From: Candidatus Ozemobacteraceae bacterium
Lineage (GTDB): Bacteria; Muiribacteriota; Ozemobacteria; Ozemobacterales; Ozemobacteraceae
Direction of reading: 5' to 3'
Assembly: GCA_965140445.1 (NCBI GenBank)
Contig: OZ223236.1
Span: forward strand, 4,640,001 to 4,704,000
DNA: 64,000 nt
The notes under the pieces were generated by a model, which did not search any database, was not told the DNA's origin, and saw nothing but the letters and a program-made list of their open reading frames with translations. Every line of letters starts with the position of its first letter. Position 1 is the first letter of the stretch. The translations under genes were made by a program, and so were the position numbers. Below, piece after piece: positions 26,712-36,554 of the stretch.

Positions 26712-27242
26712 ATGCCAAATTCTGATTTACGTCTTTTCTTTGCGGTATATCCAACACAGGAACTTGTAAATACTGTTGCGGATATTCAAACCAAATTAGG
26801 AAAAGGCTGGAAACCAAGCAATCTCCTTCAATTGCACATCACTCTTGCCTTTTTAGGAAAAGTTCCTGGCTCTAAACTTAATGAAATTGTAAAAATTGGA
26901 AACGAAATTGCTTCGAATAACAGCAAATTTGAGCTTTGTTCTTCGGGGATAAAAACCTTCAGTGCAAATGAAAATGATAAACCATCAGTCTTATACATTG
27001 AAATTTTCTCAGATCCACTTAAAAAATTATCAAATGAACTTAAAGAACAATTATCAGAATTTGTAGACCCAAAACCATTTAAAGCTCATTTAACTATTGC
27101 CAGAAAAAAGGGAGATATACTCAGCTTCCCAGAATCAATACCAGAATTTAGTTGGCAAGCTAAGAGCTTTAAACTTATCCAAAGCAAATTGAATTCTAAC
27201 GGCGCCAGCCACTCAATTATCAGAGAGTTTCAATTGGACTAA
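26712..27242 (+). CDS. thpR: RNA 2',3'-cyclic phosphodiesterase (2H family)
   Basis: RLFFAV, LHITLAFLG and AHLTIAR (two HxT motifs), final S-x-L...G..H. Confidence 0.88.
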   Translation: MPNSDLRLFFAVYPTQELVNTVADIQTKLGKGWKPSNLLQLHITLAFLGKVPGSKLNEIVKIGNEIASNNSKFELCSSGIKTFSANENDKPSVLYIEIFSDPLKKLSNELKEQLSEFVDPKPFKAHLTIARKKGDILSFPESIPEFSWQAKSFKLIQSKLNSNGASHSIIREFQLD

Positions 27243-27245
27243 AAG

Positions 27246-27282
27246 AAAAACCCGACTTAAAATCAATTTAAGTCGGGTTTTT
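27246..27282. terminator. Bidirectional terminator
   Basis: AAAAACCCGACTTAAA/TTTAAGTCGGGTTTTT. Confidence 0.88.
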
Positions 27283-27297
27283 AAGGCTTAACTAAAT

Positions 27298-28335
27298 TTA
27301 CTTGAACAATTCTGAAGGATCTGCAAAGAAATTATCTTTATTAACCTCAGGGTATTTCTTTCCAAGTATTCCCTTTTTCTGTAAGTAAGAAGGAACAATT
27401 ACCGGCATTGTCGCACGCACATTGTAAATCATACTTGGAAGAGTCCAGAATCGAACTTTCTTCTTAGAAAATTTGTTCAAAAGAATTACAAGGTTATTTG
27501 TACAATTGTTTCTTGTTGTGTGATAAAATTCGCCTTCACGATTAACACCTGCTTGCTTAATTGTTTCAGCAAGCAAAGCCATTTTATTCGGCTTATCAAA
27601 TTCAACCTTAAACACATTCATTTTCTTTTCTTCATGGAAACAAGTTTCAGCAGCGTAGTTCTCCCATGTGGCTAGAACCCACACTATAGGGAATGTTTTT
27701 TTGAAACCTTCTTTTAAAGAATAAGGCTGACCTGGTTTGCAATATGCTTCAATTGTAAGCACGAGACCTCGGGAATCATTTCCCTGCTCATCAACCATCC
27801 CACCCTTTTTGAAGGTGAAAAGCATTAAGCAATGAGCCGCAATCCACTCTGGTGGAAAAGGCTTCTGAATAAAATAAACATTATCGATCAAATTAGGATT
27901 AATTTTGACTTTTCGCCAAAAATACTCTGCGTTTTTATCTTTTTTAACTTTAGGATTTTTACGGGACCAGCGAACATCCTGAACCAGTAAATCGCCAGCT
28001 TTATTTTTTCCAAGAAATTTAGCAGGTCTTTGATAAGCACGCATAGGTCCTGTAAATTTCTCAATTCCATCTTCTACAGGAACTACTTTCTTTACCTTTA
28101 ACTGATTCAGGCGAACCGCATCTTCTGCAATCGCTTCAATCTGTACAGCATCGCCATCGAATTTTTTGGCAGTGCTCTGACTCATTTTCAGACTATAGAC
28201 CCTTTGATCTTTAGTGTGAAAAACAATATCTTTTCCATGGACTGATATTACGCCTTCAAGGCGGTATAAAACCCCAGCAAAAACACTGGAGCTACAAAAG
28301 GTCAATAACAAAATTAATAATAGCTTTTTGTTCAT
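27298..28335 (-). CDS. Exported DUF4105/Lnb-N-like (papain-fold) protein
   Basis: Signal peptide, AHCLMLF, IEA, FYHTTRNNCTNN motif. Confidence 0.7.
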   Translation of the reverse strand: MNKKLLLILLLTFCSSSVFAGVLYRLEGVISVHGKDIVFHTKDQRVYSLKMSQSTAKKFDGDAVQIEAIAEDAVRLNQLKVKKVVPVEDGIEKFTGPMRAYQRPAKFLGKNKAGDLLVQDVRWSRKNPKVKKDKNAEYFWRKVKINPNLIDNVYFIQKPFPPEWIAAHCLMLFTFKKGGMVDEQGNDSRGLVLTIEAYCKPGQPYSLKEGFKKTFPIVWVLATWENYAAETCFHEEKKMNVFKVEFDKPNKMALLAETIKQAGVNREGEFYHTTRNNCTNNLVILLNKFSKKKVRFWTLPSMIYNVRATMPVIVPSYLQKKGILGKKYPEVNKDNFFADPSELFK

Positions 28336-28402
28336 AGTTTCACCTCACAGAGAAAATTATAAGGATTTTTACTGGATCTGTTAAGGGTTGGTACACATTT
28401 TT

Positions 28403-30082
28403 TTATTGCAACAGTGCTCCAAGCTCCTTAACCTTTAATTCATCTTTTTCTTCAACAGCTTTATAGTATTCTTCCGTAAGCCGCTGTCTTTCAACATTAG
28501 ACATATCATCCTTCTTTTCGGCGGTTTTTGAAAACTCTTCATCAGCAAAATTACCTGTTCCAATAAAAGTATTAGATAATTCATCTTGAGCTTTATCTCG
28601 GCTAAACAAACCTTTCAATTTCTTAATTGAAGATGAGAAACTAAATCTGTAATTTTGAGAGTAAGAATCTCTTGATTTTGCTGATTCAACTATTTTTTTC
28701 CCAATCCAGTCGCCAGCCAGACCACCAATTAATCCCCCAACGATTGGTCCGACAGGACCAAGAATTGGCAAAAGCCCAATTCCAAAATAAGAACCAATGG
28801 CTGCTCCTGAGACTCTGCCAAGGCTAATTCCCTTAATTGCATCTACAAGGGAGGTTTTTCCTTCATCACCTAATGCCTGATAAGTAGCGCTTCCAGCAAC
28901 AGCGGCAATTATTGGAGCAACAGCGGTTCCCAAACCAGGAATTGCCAGCCCAAGCGCCAATCCCCCTATCCCTGCGGCAGCGGAAAAAGCTAAACGCTTC
29001 TGCTCAGAAGGAGCAGTAATTTTCTCAAGTGGAGTTGGTTCTAATTCTGAAATGACTCCATTTGTATTTGAATCCAGAATATTAATCAGTGCAGCTTTGT
29101 CGTTTGGGTATTCTTTTGCAAAGTATGAAAAAAAGCTACTGGTTTTGGTTGGTTTATATTTTTTAAAAATCTGCAAGATTTTTTGATGACCATTTTCAAT
29201 TCCTTCTCCATTTGCAACATTCATTAGAATAGCAGCAAAAAACCCTTCAGTTGCATAAAGCTCATTTTTACCCAAAACCTCATCGTAACCTCTCATTAGA
29301 TAAGGAAAAGTCGAGCCGCTTACAGAAGTTCCCGGATAGTAATCTCCACAATACTCAGCAAAACCTTCCACAAGAGCAAACTCTTCAGAGGTAATTCTAG
29401 TTTTCCAATGGCTAAAACCTTTTTTTTCAGGTAATCCAAAAGCAATCTGACTAATTGTGTAAACCTGAGCAGCTGCCATTTTCAAACCAGTCATTTCAGA
29501 ATGCATTGTATGCCCAAACTCATGGACAAGAACCTCCATTCCATACTCAGATGGTGGAACTCGACTTAAATCATTTACTCTGGACTGAGACAAAAAAGTT
29601 AAATTTGAGGCTTTTAATTCAGTCTTAGTCTTTCCGTCAAGACCAATCACGGTAACAACGCTAGTCCCTTTGTTAAAAGAAATATCCAGGTTCCCATGCT
29701 CATCCAGAACCAACGTCAAAGGCCTGGACGGTTTCCCCTTTTCGGTACGAAGATTTTGGTAATCTCTAATCTGCTGAATAAACCCAGGATTGGAGCTCAA
29801 ATTGTAAATTAAATTTGCATACTTTGAATCATTGAAATCAATTTCTCTAGCTCTTAAATAAGGAGAATATTTGGAGGCTTTGCCTTCCGGGACCAAAATT
29901 CTAACATCGTCTTTAGTTATCTTAAATCCATCAGGTAGAGCAGGAAAATCTTCTGGTGCCAGAGAAGCAGACGCAACCAAAGCTGAAAAAACGAAAAGAA
30001 TAAATAACGTATAAAAGCTAAAGCAATATCTGTTGAGCTTGTAAGATTTTTCTGAAATTGTGGATTTCATTTTAGGCCTCAT
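28403..30082 (-). CDS. Secreted HExxH metalloprotease-like domain fused to a glycine-zipper region (paralogue C)
   Basis: Signal peptide, VLVHEFGHTMH plus downstream ALVEGFAEY; GxxxG arrays; C-terminal EEYYKAVEEKD. Confidence 0.75.
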   Translation of the reverse strand: MRPKMKSTISEKSYKLNRYCFSFYTLFILFVFSALVASASLAPEDFPALPDGFKITKDDVRILVPEGKASKYSPYLRAREIDFNDSKYANLIYNLSSNPGFIQQIRDYQNLRTEKGKPSRPLTLVLDEHGNLDISFNKGTSVVTVIGLDGKTKTELKASNLTFLSQSRVNDLSRVPPSEYGMEVLVHEFGHTMHSEMTGLKMAAAQVYTISQIAFGLPEKKGFSHWKTRITSEEFALVEGFAEYCGDYYPGTSVSGSTFPYLMRGYDEVLGKNELYATEGFFAAILMNVANGEGIENGHQKILQIFKKYKPTKTSSFFSYFAKEYPNDKAALINILDSNTNGVISELEPTPLEKITAPSEQKRLAFSAAAGIGGLALGLAIPGLGTAVAPIIAAVAGSATYQALGDEGKTSLVDAIKGISLGRVSGAAIGSYFGIGLLPILGPVGPIVGGLIGGLAGDWIGKKIVESAKSRDSYSQNYRFSFSSSIKKLKGLFSRDKAQDELSNTFIGTGNFADEEFSKTAEKKDDMSNVERQRLTEEYYKAVEEKDELKVKELGALLQ

Positions 30083-30209
30083 CTGTAAGTTATTTTTTTA
30101 ATTATACTTATTTCTTGCCTATTTAATATAGAAAAAGGAAATAATTGCCTAAAAATCAATCTATCAAATTTAAATATTTTGGGAAGTTGGTTTCTCGTGA
30201 AACATGCCT

Positions 30210-30671
30210 CTAATATAATTCCGCTTCATGACGCACGAGTCGCCCATCTGTGTACTCAAATTTCCCAGAGAAAATCCCTGATCGTTTCAGCCATGGAAGA
30301 AAAATTTCATCCCCCTCCCACATATTGAGCTCCGGGATTTTTGAATTATCAATCCACTCAAGTTCTCCCTCTGGCGTATTTGAAAGTAGATCACCAGAAA
30401 AGTCATTTGAGGTAAAAACAAAAACATACCAATCCTCGCCCTTACTAAAAGCCGGGAAAGTTAAAAACCCTTTTAACTGCACTTTATTTAAAATCAATCC
30501 GGATTCTTCCAGAACTTCTCTTTTAACGCATTCTTCAGGAGTTTCTCCTGGTTCAAACTTACCGCCTAGACCGTTATATTTGCCATAGTGTGTATCACTT
30601 TTCCGCGAATTTCGATGTAGCATGAGCGTTTGATCGTCTTTTTGCACATAACATAGTGTAGCTAATTTCAT
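30210..30671 (-). CDS. Nudix hydrolase, 8-oxo-dGTP diphosphatase (MutT/MTH1-like)
   Basis: Nudix box GGKFEPGETPEECVKREVLEESGL; MWEGD motif. Confidence 0.88.
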   Translation of the reverse strand: MKLATLCYVQKDDQTLMLHRNSRKSDTHYGKYNGLGGKFEPGETPEECVKREVLEESGLILNKVQLKGFLTFPAFSKGEDWYVFVFTSNDFSGDLLSNTPEGELEWIDNSKIPELNMWEGDEIFLPWLKRSGIFSGKFEYTDGRLVRHEAELY

Positions 30672-30692
30672 AATGTTCTACCTTTTACTTTT

Positions 30693-31193
30693 TCACCTGA
30701 TAACTCTTGCCAAAAAAGCGATGAGAATGAATATCAAATATATATAAAGAGCAATTTCAATAAGATTTTGCCCGAGGGAAGCATTTTTAACATTTCCAGT
30801 CTTTTCTTTCCAGATTTGGAGCTTTGCTCTGTCCTCATCTCCCAGGTCATCTATTCCGGAACGCAATTCCCAATGATGCAAAAGTTCATGGGCCAGGGTT
30901 TTTCCAATTTCAATTTGAAGATCAGAAACTCTCATATGCGGAAAAGCCCTCTTAAATGAACCATAAAATAGCACCACCACCGGTTGTCCAAAATTCCCAG
31001 CGGGCTGATATTGCCCAAGGACGTAAAGCCCAACCATGTATTCGGAGTATTTTTTTTCAGTAATCTCAACCACAAACTGACTTACCTCCTGCTTAAATTC
31101 AGGAGGAATTTTTTCAAGCTCTGTCACAAAAAGTTCATTGAACTTTTCAAAATCAATAGCCGAAGTTCTGGTTTCAAAATAATCCGAAAACAT
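30693..31193 (-). CDS. Minimal zincin metallopeptidase (Zincin_1-like) with C-terminal TM
   Basis: LGQY...VVLFYGSF...TLAHELLHH; hydrophobic C-terminus. Confidence 0.75.
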   Translation of the reverse strand: MFSDYFETRTSAIDFEKFNELFVTELEKIPPEFKQEVSQFVVEITEKKYSEYMVGLYVLGQYQPAGNFGQPVVVLFYGSFKRAFPHMRVSDLQIEIGKTLAHELLHHWELRSGIDDLGDEDRAKLQIWKEKTGNVKNASLGQNLIEIALYIYLIFILIAFLARVIR

Positions 31194-31400
31194 AATTAAA
31201 TCTCGCCGATCAGTTTCAAAAATTGTATCACATATCCTGCCCTTTTTTTCTGCTGGAAATCTATAACGCGACCTTCTAGTAACTTATCAATTTTTACCTC
31301 CGATGATGCTCTGAAACTAAATCATGCAAATCGAAAACAGGCGCCAATTCAGAGTTAAAATTATTTTTGAAAAAAACTTACATTTTTTTTGAAAAAAGTA

Positions 31401-31429
31401 TTGCCAAACAAACTTTTTTTTGGTAATAT
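31401..31429 (+). promoter_or_regulatory. Sigma70 promoter of tRNA-Leu/Gly
   Basis: TTGCCA-17nt-TAATAT with TGn extension and upstream A/T tracts. Confidence 0.7.
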
Positions 31430-31452
31430 TCATTTCTGTTACCAACCTTTGC

Positions 31453-31535
31453 GCGAGGGTGGCGAAATTGGCAGACGCGCTAGATTTAGGATCTAGTGGT
31501 TAATTACCGTGCGGGTTCAAGTCCCGCCCTTCGCA
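31453..31535 (+). tRNA. tRNA-Leu(TAG)
   Basis: GCGAGGGTGGCGAAATTGGCAGACGCG-CTAGA-TT-TAG-GA-TCTAG, long variable arm, GGTTCAAGTCC; no CCA. Confidence 0.97.
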
Positions 31536-31559
31536 GTCACGCGCAAAGCTTACATATAT

Positions 31560-31632
31560 GCGAGAGTAACTCAATTGGTAGAGTCCCTGCCTTCCAAGCA
31601 GGTGGTTGCGAGTTCGAGTCTCGTCTCTCGCT
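31560..31632 (+). tRNA. tRNA-Gly(TCC)
   Basis: GCGAGAGTAACTCAATTGGTAGAGT-C-CCTGC-CT-TCC-AA-GCAGG...CTCTCGCT; no CCA. Confidence 0.97.
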
Positions 31633-31636
31633 TTGA

Positions 31637-31677
31637 AATAGCAAAAAAGCCGCTTAAAAGCGGCTTTTTTGCTATTT
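31637..31677 (+). terminator. Intrinsic terminator
   Basis: AAATAGCAAAAAAGCCGCT/AGCGGCTTTTTTGCTATTT. Confidence 0.9.
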
Positions 31678-31769
31678 AGCTATTTCATACAAATCTTATC
31701 AATGAAAAATTTGCCCAGAAACTTTTTCATTAGTAGAATAGGAAAAAGAACAAACTTGGGAGGACAATT

Positions 31770-32147
31770 TTGACCAGCCAATCGCTTGCCGCAGAAAAAA
31801 GAGCTACCCCTTCCCTCAACTCCTTTCCCTATATAAAATTAACAGTTTTAATAATTCTTCACATTTGCGCCCAGTGGCTTCATTCCTCTCTTTTAAACAC
31901 CACAATGGGAATGAATGTTGAGCTTAGTATTTTTACCAGATTTTCCCTTACCCTCATTAGCGCAAAACTGCTATTAATTACACTTATCGTCGGTTCAGGA
32001 ATGATGTTTTTAAACGAGAAAAAAGCTAAGGACCCCTTAGAAAAAGAAAAATTGAGCCAGATAATTTTCATCGGACTGCTAATAATACACATTGCAATCA
32101 TATTCGCTCTTATCCATCCAATATTCATGCTTGTTAATGCACAGTAA
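31770..32147 (+). CDS. Small membrane protein (3 TM), hypothetical
   Basis: RBS GGAGG with TTG start; three hydrophobic segments. Confidence 0.65.
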   Translation: MTSQSLAAEKRATPSLNSFPYIKLTVLIILHICAQWLHSSLLNTTMGMNVELSIFTRFSLTLISAKLLLITLIVGSGMMFLNEKKAKDPLEKEKLSQIIFIGLLIIHIAIIFALIHPIFMLVNAQ

Positions 32148-32378
32148 TTCTATAGAATTCAGCCCGACAATCCTTTTGGCGATCACGACTCTAAATTCAA
32201 TTTTTAACCAGCATTTTGCCTTCTAATGTCTTTACAATATTGGCTTTTTATTCTATAATTCTCTACTCCATACATTAGTATCTTTACACAGGAAACTATA
32301 CAGACGGCGTTAGATCGTGATTTATTCAAATGCTGAGCTGTAAATTTGGAAATATCTCTCCAGAAGGAGCCAATGCAA

Positions 32379-33713
32379 ATGTTAAAGACTCAAGTCCATG
32401 AACTGGAAGCTAACAAAGTGGCGCTGACCGTTGAAGTCGAGCCAGAAAAAGTTAAGGCCGCCTACGACAGCTTTTATAGAAGAGCTGCTCGCTCCATCAG
32501 AATTCCTGGTTTTAGACAGGGCAAAGCCCCTAGATCAGTAATTGCCAAACATATCGGCCCTGAATCAGTTCGCGAACAAATTGAAGAAGAACTTGTACAG
32601 GAAGTTTATCCACAGGCTATCCGCGAAACCGAACTTCAGCCAGTAAGCCGTTTTGAGCTTGAAGAATCAAACCTCAACGAAGGCGAACCATTCACTTTCA
32701 AAGCCGTTTTTGAAGTTAGACCAAAACTCGGAGATTTCAAATATACCGAATTTTCAACTCAGGTTCAGCGCGAAATCATTGATGAAGACAGCGTGACCAA
32801 AGTTCTCAAACAACTTAGTGAGCAATATAGCAAAACTCAGCAGGTTGAAGATGGCGAACTAACTCAAGATGACTATTTCTCAGCTAATGTTGAAATAAGC
32901 TGCGATGGCGAAATTGATGAAGAATTGTCTGACGACAAAGCTTCCCATAAATTTGTTGAAACCGATAAAGTTTTCGGACCTTGCAAAGGCATGAAAATTG
33001 GCGAAACAAAAGAGTATGACATTGAAGTTTCCAGTGAAGATGAAAAAGATTCCAAATATTTTGGAAAAACTCTTCACTACAAAGTAACTTTAAAGAGAAT
33101 CTCACGCCCCACCCTTCCAGAATTAAACGATGAATTTGCTAAAACCCTTGGCGAATTTGAGTCAATGGAAGCACTTCAGACCAAAATCAGAGAAGATCTT
33201 GAAGAAAGAGCCATCCACGATTCTGAAGAAAGAGCTTTTGATGATCTCGTAAATCAGGTTCTCCAGAACTACGAATTTGATGTTCCGGAAGCAATGGTTC
33301 AAAACACAATCGACTTTTTCATCCAGGGCCTTGATAAGCGCTGGAGACAGTTTGGAACAACAATTCAGGATTACCTGAAAAACTCTGGAAAAGATGTTAA
33401 CGAATTCAGAGAAACATTCCGTGAAAAAGCAACTCTCCAGACAAAAACCATGCTTCTGATTGACGCAATTGGCGAAAAAGAAAAAATTGAAGTTTCTGAT
33501 TCTGATTACAGAGAAGAAATTGAAAAAAGAGCCAAAGATTATAATATGCCCGTAGAGAAGCTTCTGAGCACACTTGCAGGTTCTGAAGGCGAAGAAAATG
33601 TGAAATTTTCTTTAAGAAGTCAAAAAATTAGAGAATTTTTGCTAAAGAACAACCAAGTAAATTACGATATGGTCAAAGAAGCTGAATTAAATAAGGGGGA
33701 AACTGACGAGTGA
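32379..33713 (+). CDS. tig: Trigger factor
   Basis: Ribosome-binding [20 protein letters not shown]; precedes clpP-clpX; start set from RBS AAGGAG spacing. Confidence 0.93.
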   Translation: MLKTQVHELEANKVALTVEVEPEKVKAAYDSFYRRAARSIRIPGFRQGKAPRSVIAKHIGPESVREQIEEELVQEVYPQAIRETELQPVSRFELEESNLNEGEPFTFKAVFEVRPKLGDFKYTEFSTQVQREIIDEDSVTKVLKQLSEQYSKTQQVEDGELTQDDYFSANVEISCDGEIDEELSDDKASHKFVETDKVFGPCKGMKIGETKEYDIEVSSEDEKDSKYFGKTLHYKVTLKRISRPTLPELNDEFAKTLGEFESMEALQTKIREDLEERAIHDSEERAFDDLVNQVLQNYEFDVPEAMVQNTIDFFIQGLDKRWRQFGTTIQDYLKNSGKDVNEFRETFREKATLQTKTMLLIDAIGEKEKIEVSDSDYREEIEKRAKDYNMPVEKLLSTLAGSEGEENVKFSLRSQKIREFLLKNNQVNYDMVKEAELNKGETDE

Positions 33714-34318
33714 CTCTGGTTCCAATAGTAATCGAGCAAAGTAGTCGCGGTGAACGCGCTTTTGACATCTATTCCCGTCTTCTTAAAGATCGTATTATCT
33801 TCTTGGGTGGCGGAATTGATGATGCCATAGCTGATGTTGTCATTGCACAGCTTCTGTTTCTTGAATCCGAGGATCCAGAAAAAGATGTAATGATATACGT
33901 TAACAGTCCCGGAGGAGTTGTAACAGCGGGTATGGCGATATACGACACAATGCAGTATATCAAGCCAGACGTTAGCACAATCTGCATCGGACAGGCAGCC
34001 AGCATGGGTGCTGTTCTACTTGCAGCCGGCGCACCAGGAAAACGATACGCCCTTCCTAACTCTAGAATCATGATTCATCAGCCACTAGGCGGAGCACAAG
34101 GACAGGCTAGCGATATCGAGATCCAGGCCCAGGAAATCCTCAGAATGAAGGATATGCTTAACGGCATCCTTGCACATCACACAGGTCAGCCCCTTAAACG
34201 CATCAAGAAAGACACTGATCGTGACTTATTCCTTTCTTCTAACGAAGCAAAAGAGTATGGTTTGATTGACGAAGTTGTTCAGCGCAAAGCTGTTGGTGCG
34301 AAATCTAAAGAGGAGTAA
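33710..34318 (+). CDS. clpP: ATP-dependent Clp protease proteolytic subunit
   Basis: [27 protein letters not shown] triad. Confidence 0.98.
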   Translation: MTLVPIVIEQSSRGERAFDIYSRLLKDRIIFLGGGIDDAIADVVIAQLLFLESEDPEKDVMIYVNSPGGVVTAGMAIYDTMQYIKPDVSTICIGQAASMGAVLLAAGAPGKRYALPNSRIMIHQPLGGAQGQASDIEIQAQEILRMKDMLNGILAHHTGQPLKRIKKDTDRDLFLSSNEAKEYGLIDEVVQRKAVGAKSKEE

Positions 34319-34320
34319 GC

Positions 34321-35565
34321 ATGCTTTCTAAGACCCCTCAATTTCGTTGTTCTTTCTGCGGAAAGAGCCAGGATCAGGTAAGGAAATTAATCGCCGGACC
34401 TGAGGTATACATTTGTGACGAATGTATAGGGCTCTGTAACGAAATAATTCTGGAGGAACTTGAAGAAGAAAGTCCTCTTGAAATGCAAAACGTGCTGAAA
34501 CCCAAAGAAATCGTTAAGATTTTGGATCAGTATGTTATTGGCCAGGAAAGAGCAAAGAAGGTTTTATCTGTAGCTGTTTACAATCATTATAAGCGCCTGT
34601 CTCTTGAAGATTCACAAAAAGATGATGTTGAAGTTCATAAGTCAAATGTACTTCTCATTGGGCCAACCGGTTCAGGCAAGACACACATTGCCCAGACCCT
34701 GGCTAAATTGTTGAATGTTCCTTTCTGTATCGCAGATGCTACAACTCTTACAGAAGCCGGCTACGTCGGTGAAGATGTAGAAAGTATTCTTTTGAATCTT
34801 CTAAGAGCAGCAGACTACGATGTTCAGAAAGCAGAGCGAGGTATTGTTTACATTGATGAAATCGATAAGATTGCCCGTAAGAGTGAAAACGTTTCAATAA
34901 CACGAGACGTTTCCGGTGAAGGTGTTCAACAGGCACTTTTGAAATTACTCGAAGGCAAAGTTGCTCATGTTCCTCCACAAGGCGGGCGTAAGCATCCTCA
35001 TCAGGATTTCATCCAAATCAACACCAAGAACATTCTGTTCTTACTCGGTGGCGCATTTGAAGGTGTAGACAAGCATATCGAGGCTAGAACCTCTATTAAA
35101 ACTATGGGTTTTGGCTCAACTCCGAAGTCTCCTTCTGACAGACTTATCGGCGATCTACTCAAGGAAATCATGCCGGAAGATCTTCTAAGATTTGGCCTGA
35201 TCCCAGAGTTTATTGGGCGCGTCCCAATACTTGCAACTTTTAACAACCTTCGCGAAGAAGATCTTGTAGAAATTCTGACCGAACCCAAAGATGCACTTGT
35301 TAAACAGTATGCAAGATTGCTGAGAATGGAAGGCGTGGACCTTGAGATTACCCCGAAAGCTCTTGGAGCAATTGCCAGAAATGCAATCAAGCAAAACACT
35401 GGCGCCAGAGGCCTTCGTAGAATCATTGAGGAAATCATGCTTGATTTGATGTATGAAATTCCTTCAGACAGCAATATCGCGAAAGTAATCATTCATGAGC
35501 GATGTGTTGACAAAAAGGAACCATACCAGATCGTTTACAAAGTGAGTTCAGGGCAAACTGCCTAG
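34321..35565 (+). CDS. clpX: ATP-dependent Clp protease ATP-binding subunit ClpX
   Basis: CSFCGK/CDEC zinc finger, [25 protein letters not shown] loop. Confidence 0.98.
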   Translation: MLSKTPQFRCSFCGKSQDQVRKLIAGPEVYICDECIGLCNEIILEELEEESPLEMQNVLKPKEIVKILDQYVIGQERAKKVLSVAVYNHYKRLSLEDSQKDDVEVHKSNVLLIGPTGSGKTHIAQTLAKLLNVPFCIADATTLTEAGYVGEDVESILLNLLRAADYDVQKAERGIVYIDEIDKIARKSENVSITRDVSGEGVQQALLKLLEGKVAHVPPQGGRKHPHQDFIQINTKNILFLLGGAFEGVDKHIEARTSIKTMGFGSTPKSPSDRLIGDLLKEIMPEDLLRFGLIPEFIGRVPILATFNNLREEDLVEILTEPKDALVKQYARLLRMEGVDLEITPKALGAIARNAIKQNTGARGLRRIIEEIMLDLMYEIPSDSNIAKVIIHERCVDKKEPYQIVYKVSSGQTA

Positions 35566-35580
35566 AACAAAATTTAAAAT

Positions 35581-35613
35581 AAAAGCCGGTTGTGCTAGTC
35601 ACAGCCGGCTTTT
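35581..35613 (+). terminator. Intrinsic terminator
   Basis: AAAAGCCGGTTGTG/CACAGCCGGCTTTT. Confidence 0.85.
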
Positions 35614-35667
35614 GTTTTTATCATGTTTAGATGATAGAATACAAAAAACTTTTAAGAGGGAATTTAA

Positions 35668-36477
35668 ATGACTAAAAAATATAGTGCCGATATTGGAATC
35701 TTCAGTGGTAGTGGAATGTACAATCTGGACGCAGCAGATGTGCAAAGTGTTAAAATCAATACTCCCTACGGAGCACCAAGTGATTTAATCGATATCTGTG
35801 AAATTGATGGAATAAAAATCGCGTTTTTACCAAGACACGGCAAAAAGCATACAATTCCACCACACATGATAAATTACCGAGCTAATTTGTGGGCGATGCA
35901 ATCTCTTGGCGTAAAAAGAATTATTTCACCATGCGCAGTTGGTTCATTGCAATCAAACATTAAACCTGGTGACTTTGTTGTAACTGATCAATTCGTAGAT
36001 AGAACCAAAGGAAGAAATGACACTTTCTCTGATGGCCCGGATGTAATGCACATTTCATCTGCAGAGCCATATTGCCCTGAACTTCGAAAAATTGCCATAG
36101 ATGCAATAAAATCAGAGGGCGCGGTAGCGCATGAAGAAGGAACCATCGTGGTAATAAATGGCCCAAGATTTTCAACTAAAGCTGAAAGCAAATGGTTTAC
36201 TCAGATGGGTTGGCACACGGTAAATATGACTCAATACCCAGAAATAGTTTTATCCCAGGAACTTGGGATTTGCATGGTAAACATTGCACAGGTAACTGAT
36301 TTCGATGCTGGACTAGTTGGCGATGTTCCTGAAGTATCTGCCAAGGAAGTTATCCAAACCTTCCAGAAAAGCATTGGAACACTACATAAAATTCTCATGA
36401 AAATAGTTAAAAACATTCCAAAAGAAAAGAATAACTGCAGATGTACACAAAAGGTCGATGAAGCATATTTTTGCTAA
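35668..36477 (+). CDS. mtnP: S-methyl-5'-thioadenosine phosphorylase (PNP/MTAP family)
   Basis: TPYGAPS, FLPRHG..H.IPPH.INYRAN, GPRFSTKAES, NMTQYPE, VTDFD. Confidence 0.9.
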   Translation: MTKKYSADIGIFSGSGMYNLDAADVQSVKINTPYGAPSDLIDICEIDGIKIAFLPRHGKKHTIPPHMINYRANLWAMQSLGVKRIISPCAVGSLQSNIKPGDFVVTDQFVDRTKGRNDTFSDGPDVMHISSAEPYCPELRKIAIDAIKSEGAVAHEEGTIVVINGPRFSTKAESKWFTQMGWHTVNMTQYPEIVLSQELGICMVNIAQVTDFDAGLVGDVPEVSAKEVIQTFQKSIGTLHKILMKIVKNIPKEKNNCRCTQKVDEAYFC

Positions 36478-36507
36478 TTCCTGCCCCTTTGATTGCCCAC
36501 AAAAAAC

Positions 36508-36541
36508 AAAAAGGCAGAGCCAAACTGGCTCTGCCTTTTTT
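36508..36541. terminator. Bidirectional terminator
   Basis: AAAAAGGCAGAGCCA/TGGCTCTGCCTTTTTT. Confidence 0.88.
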
Positions 36542-36554
36542 AATTAACCAATTA

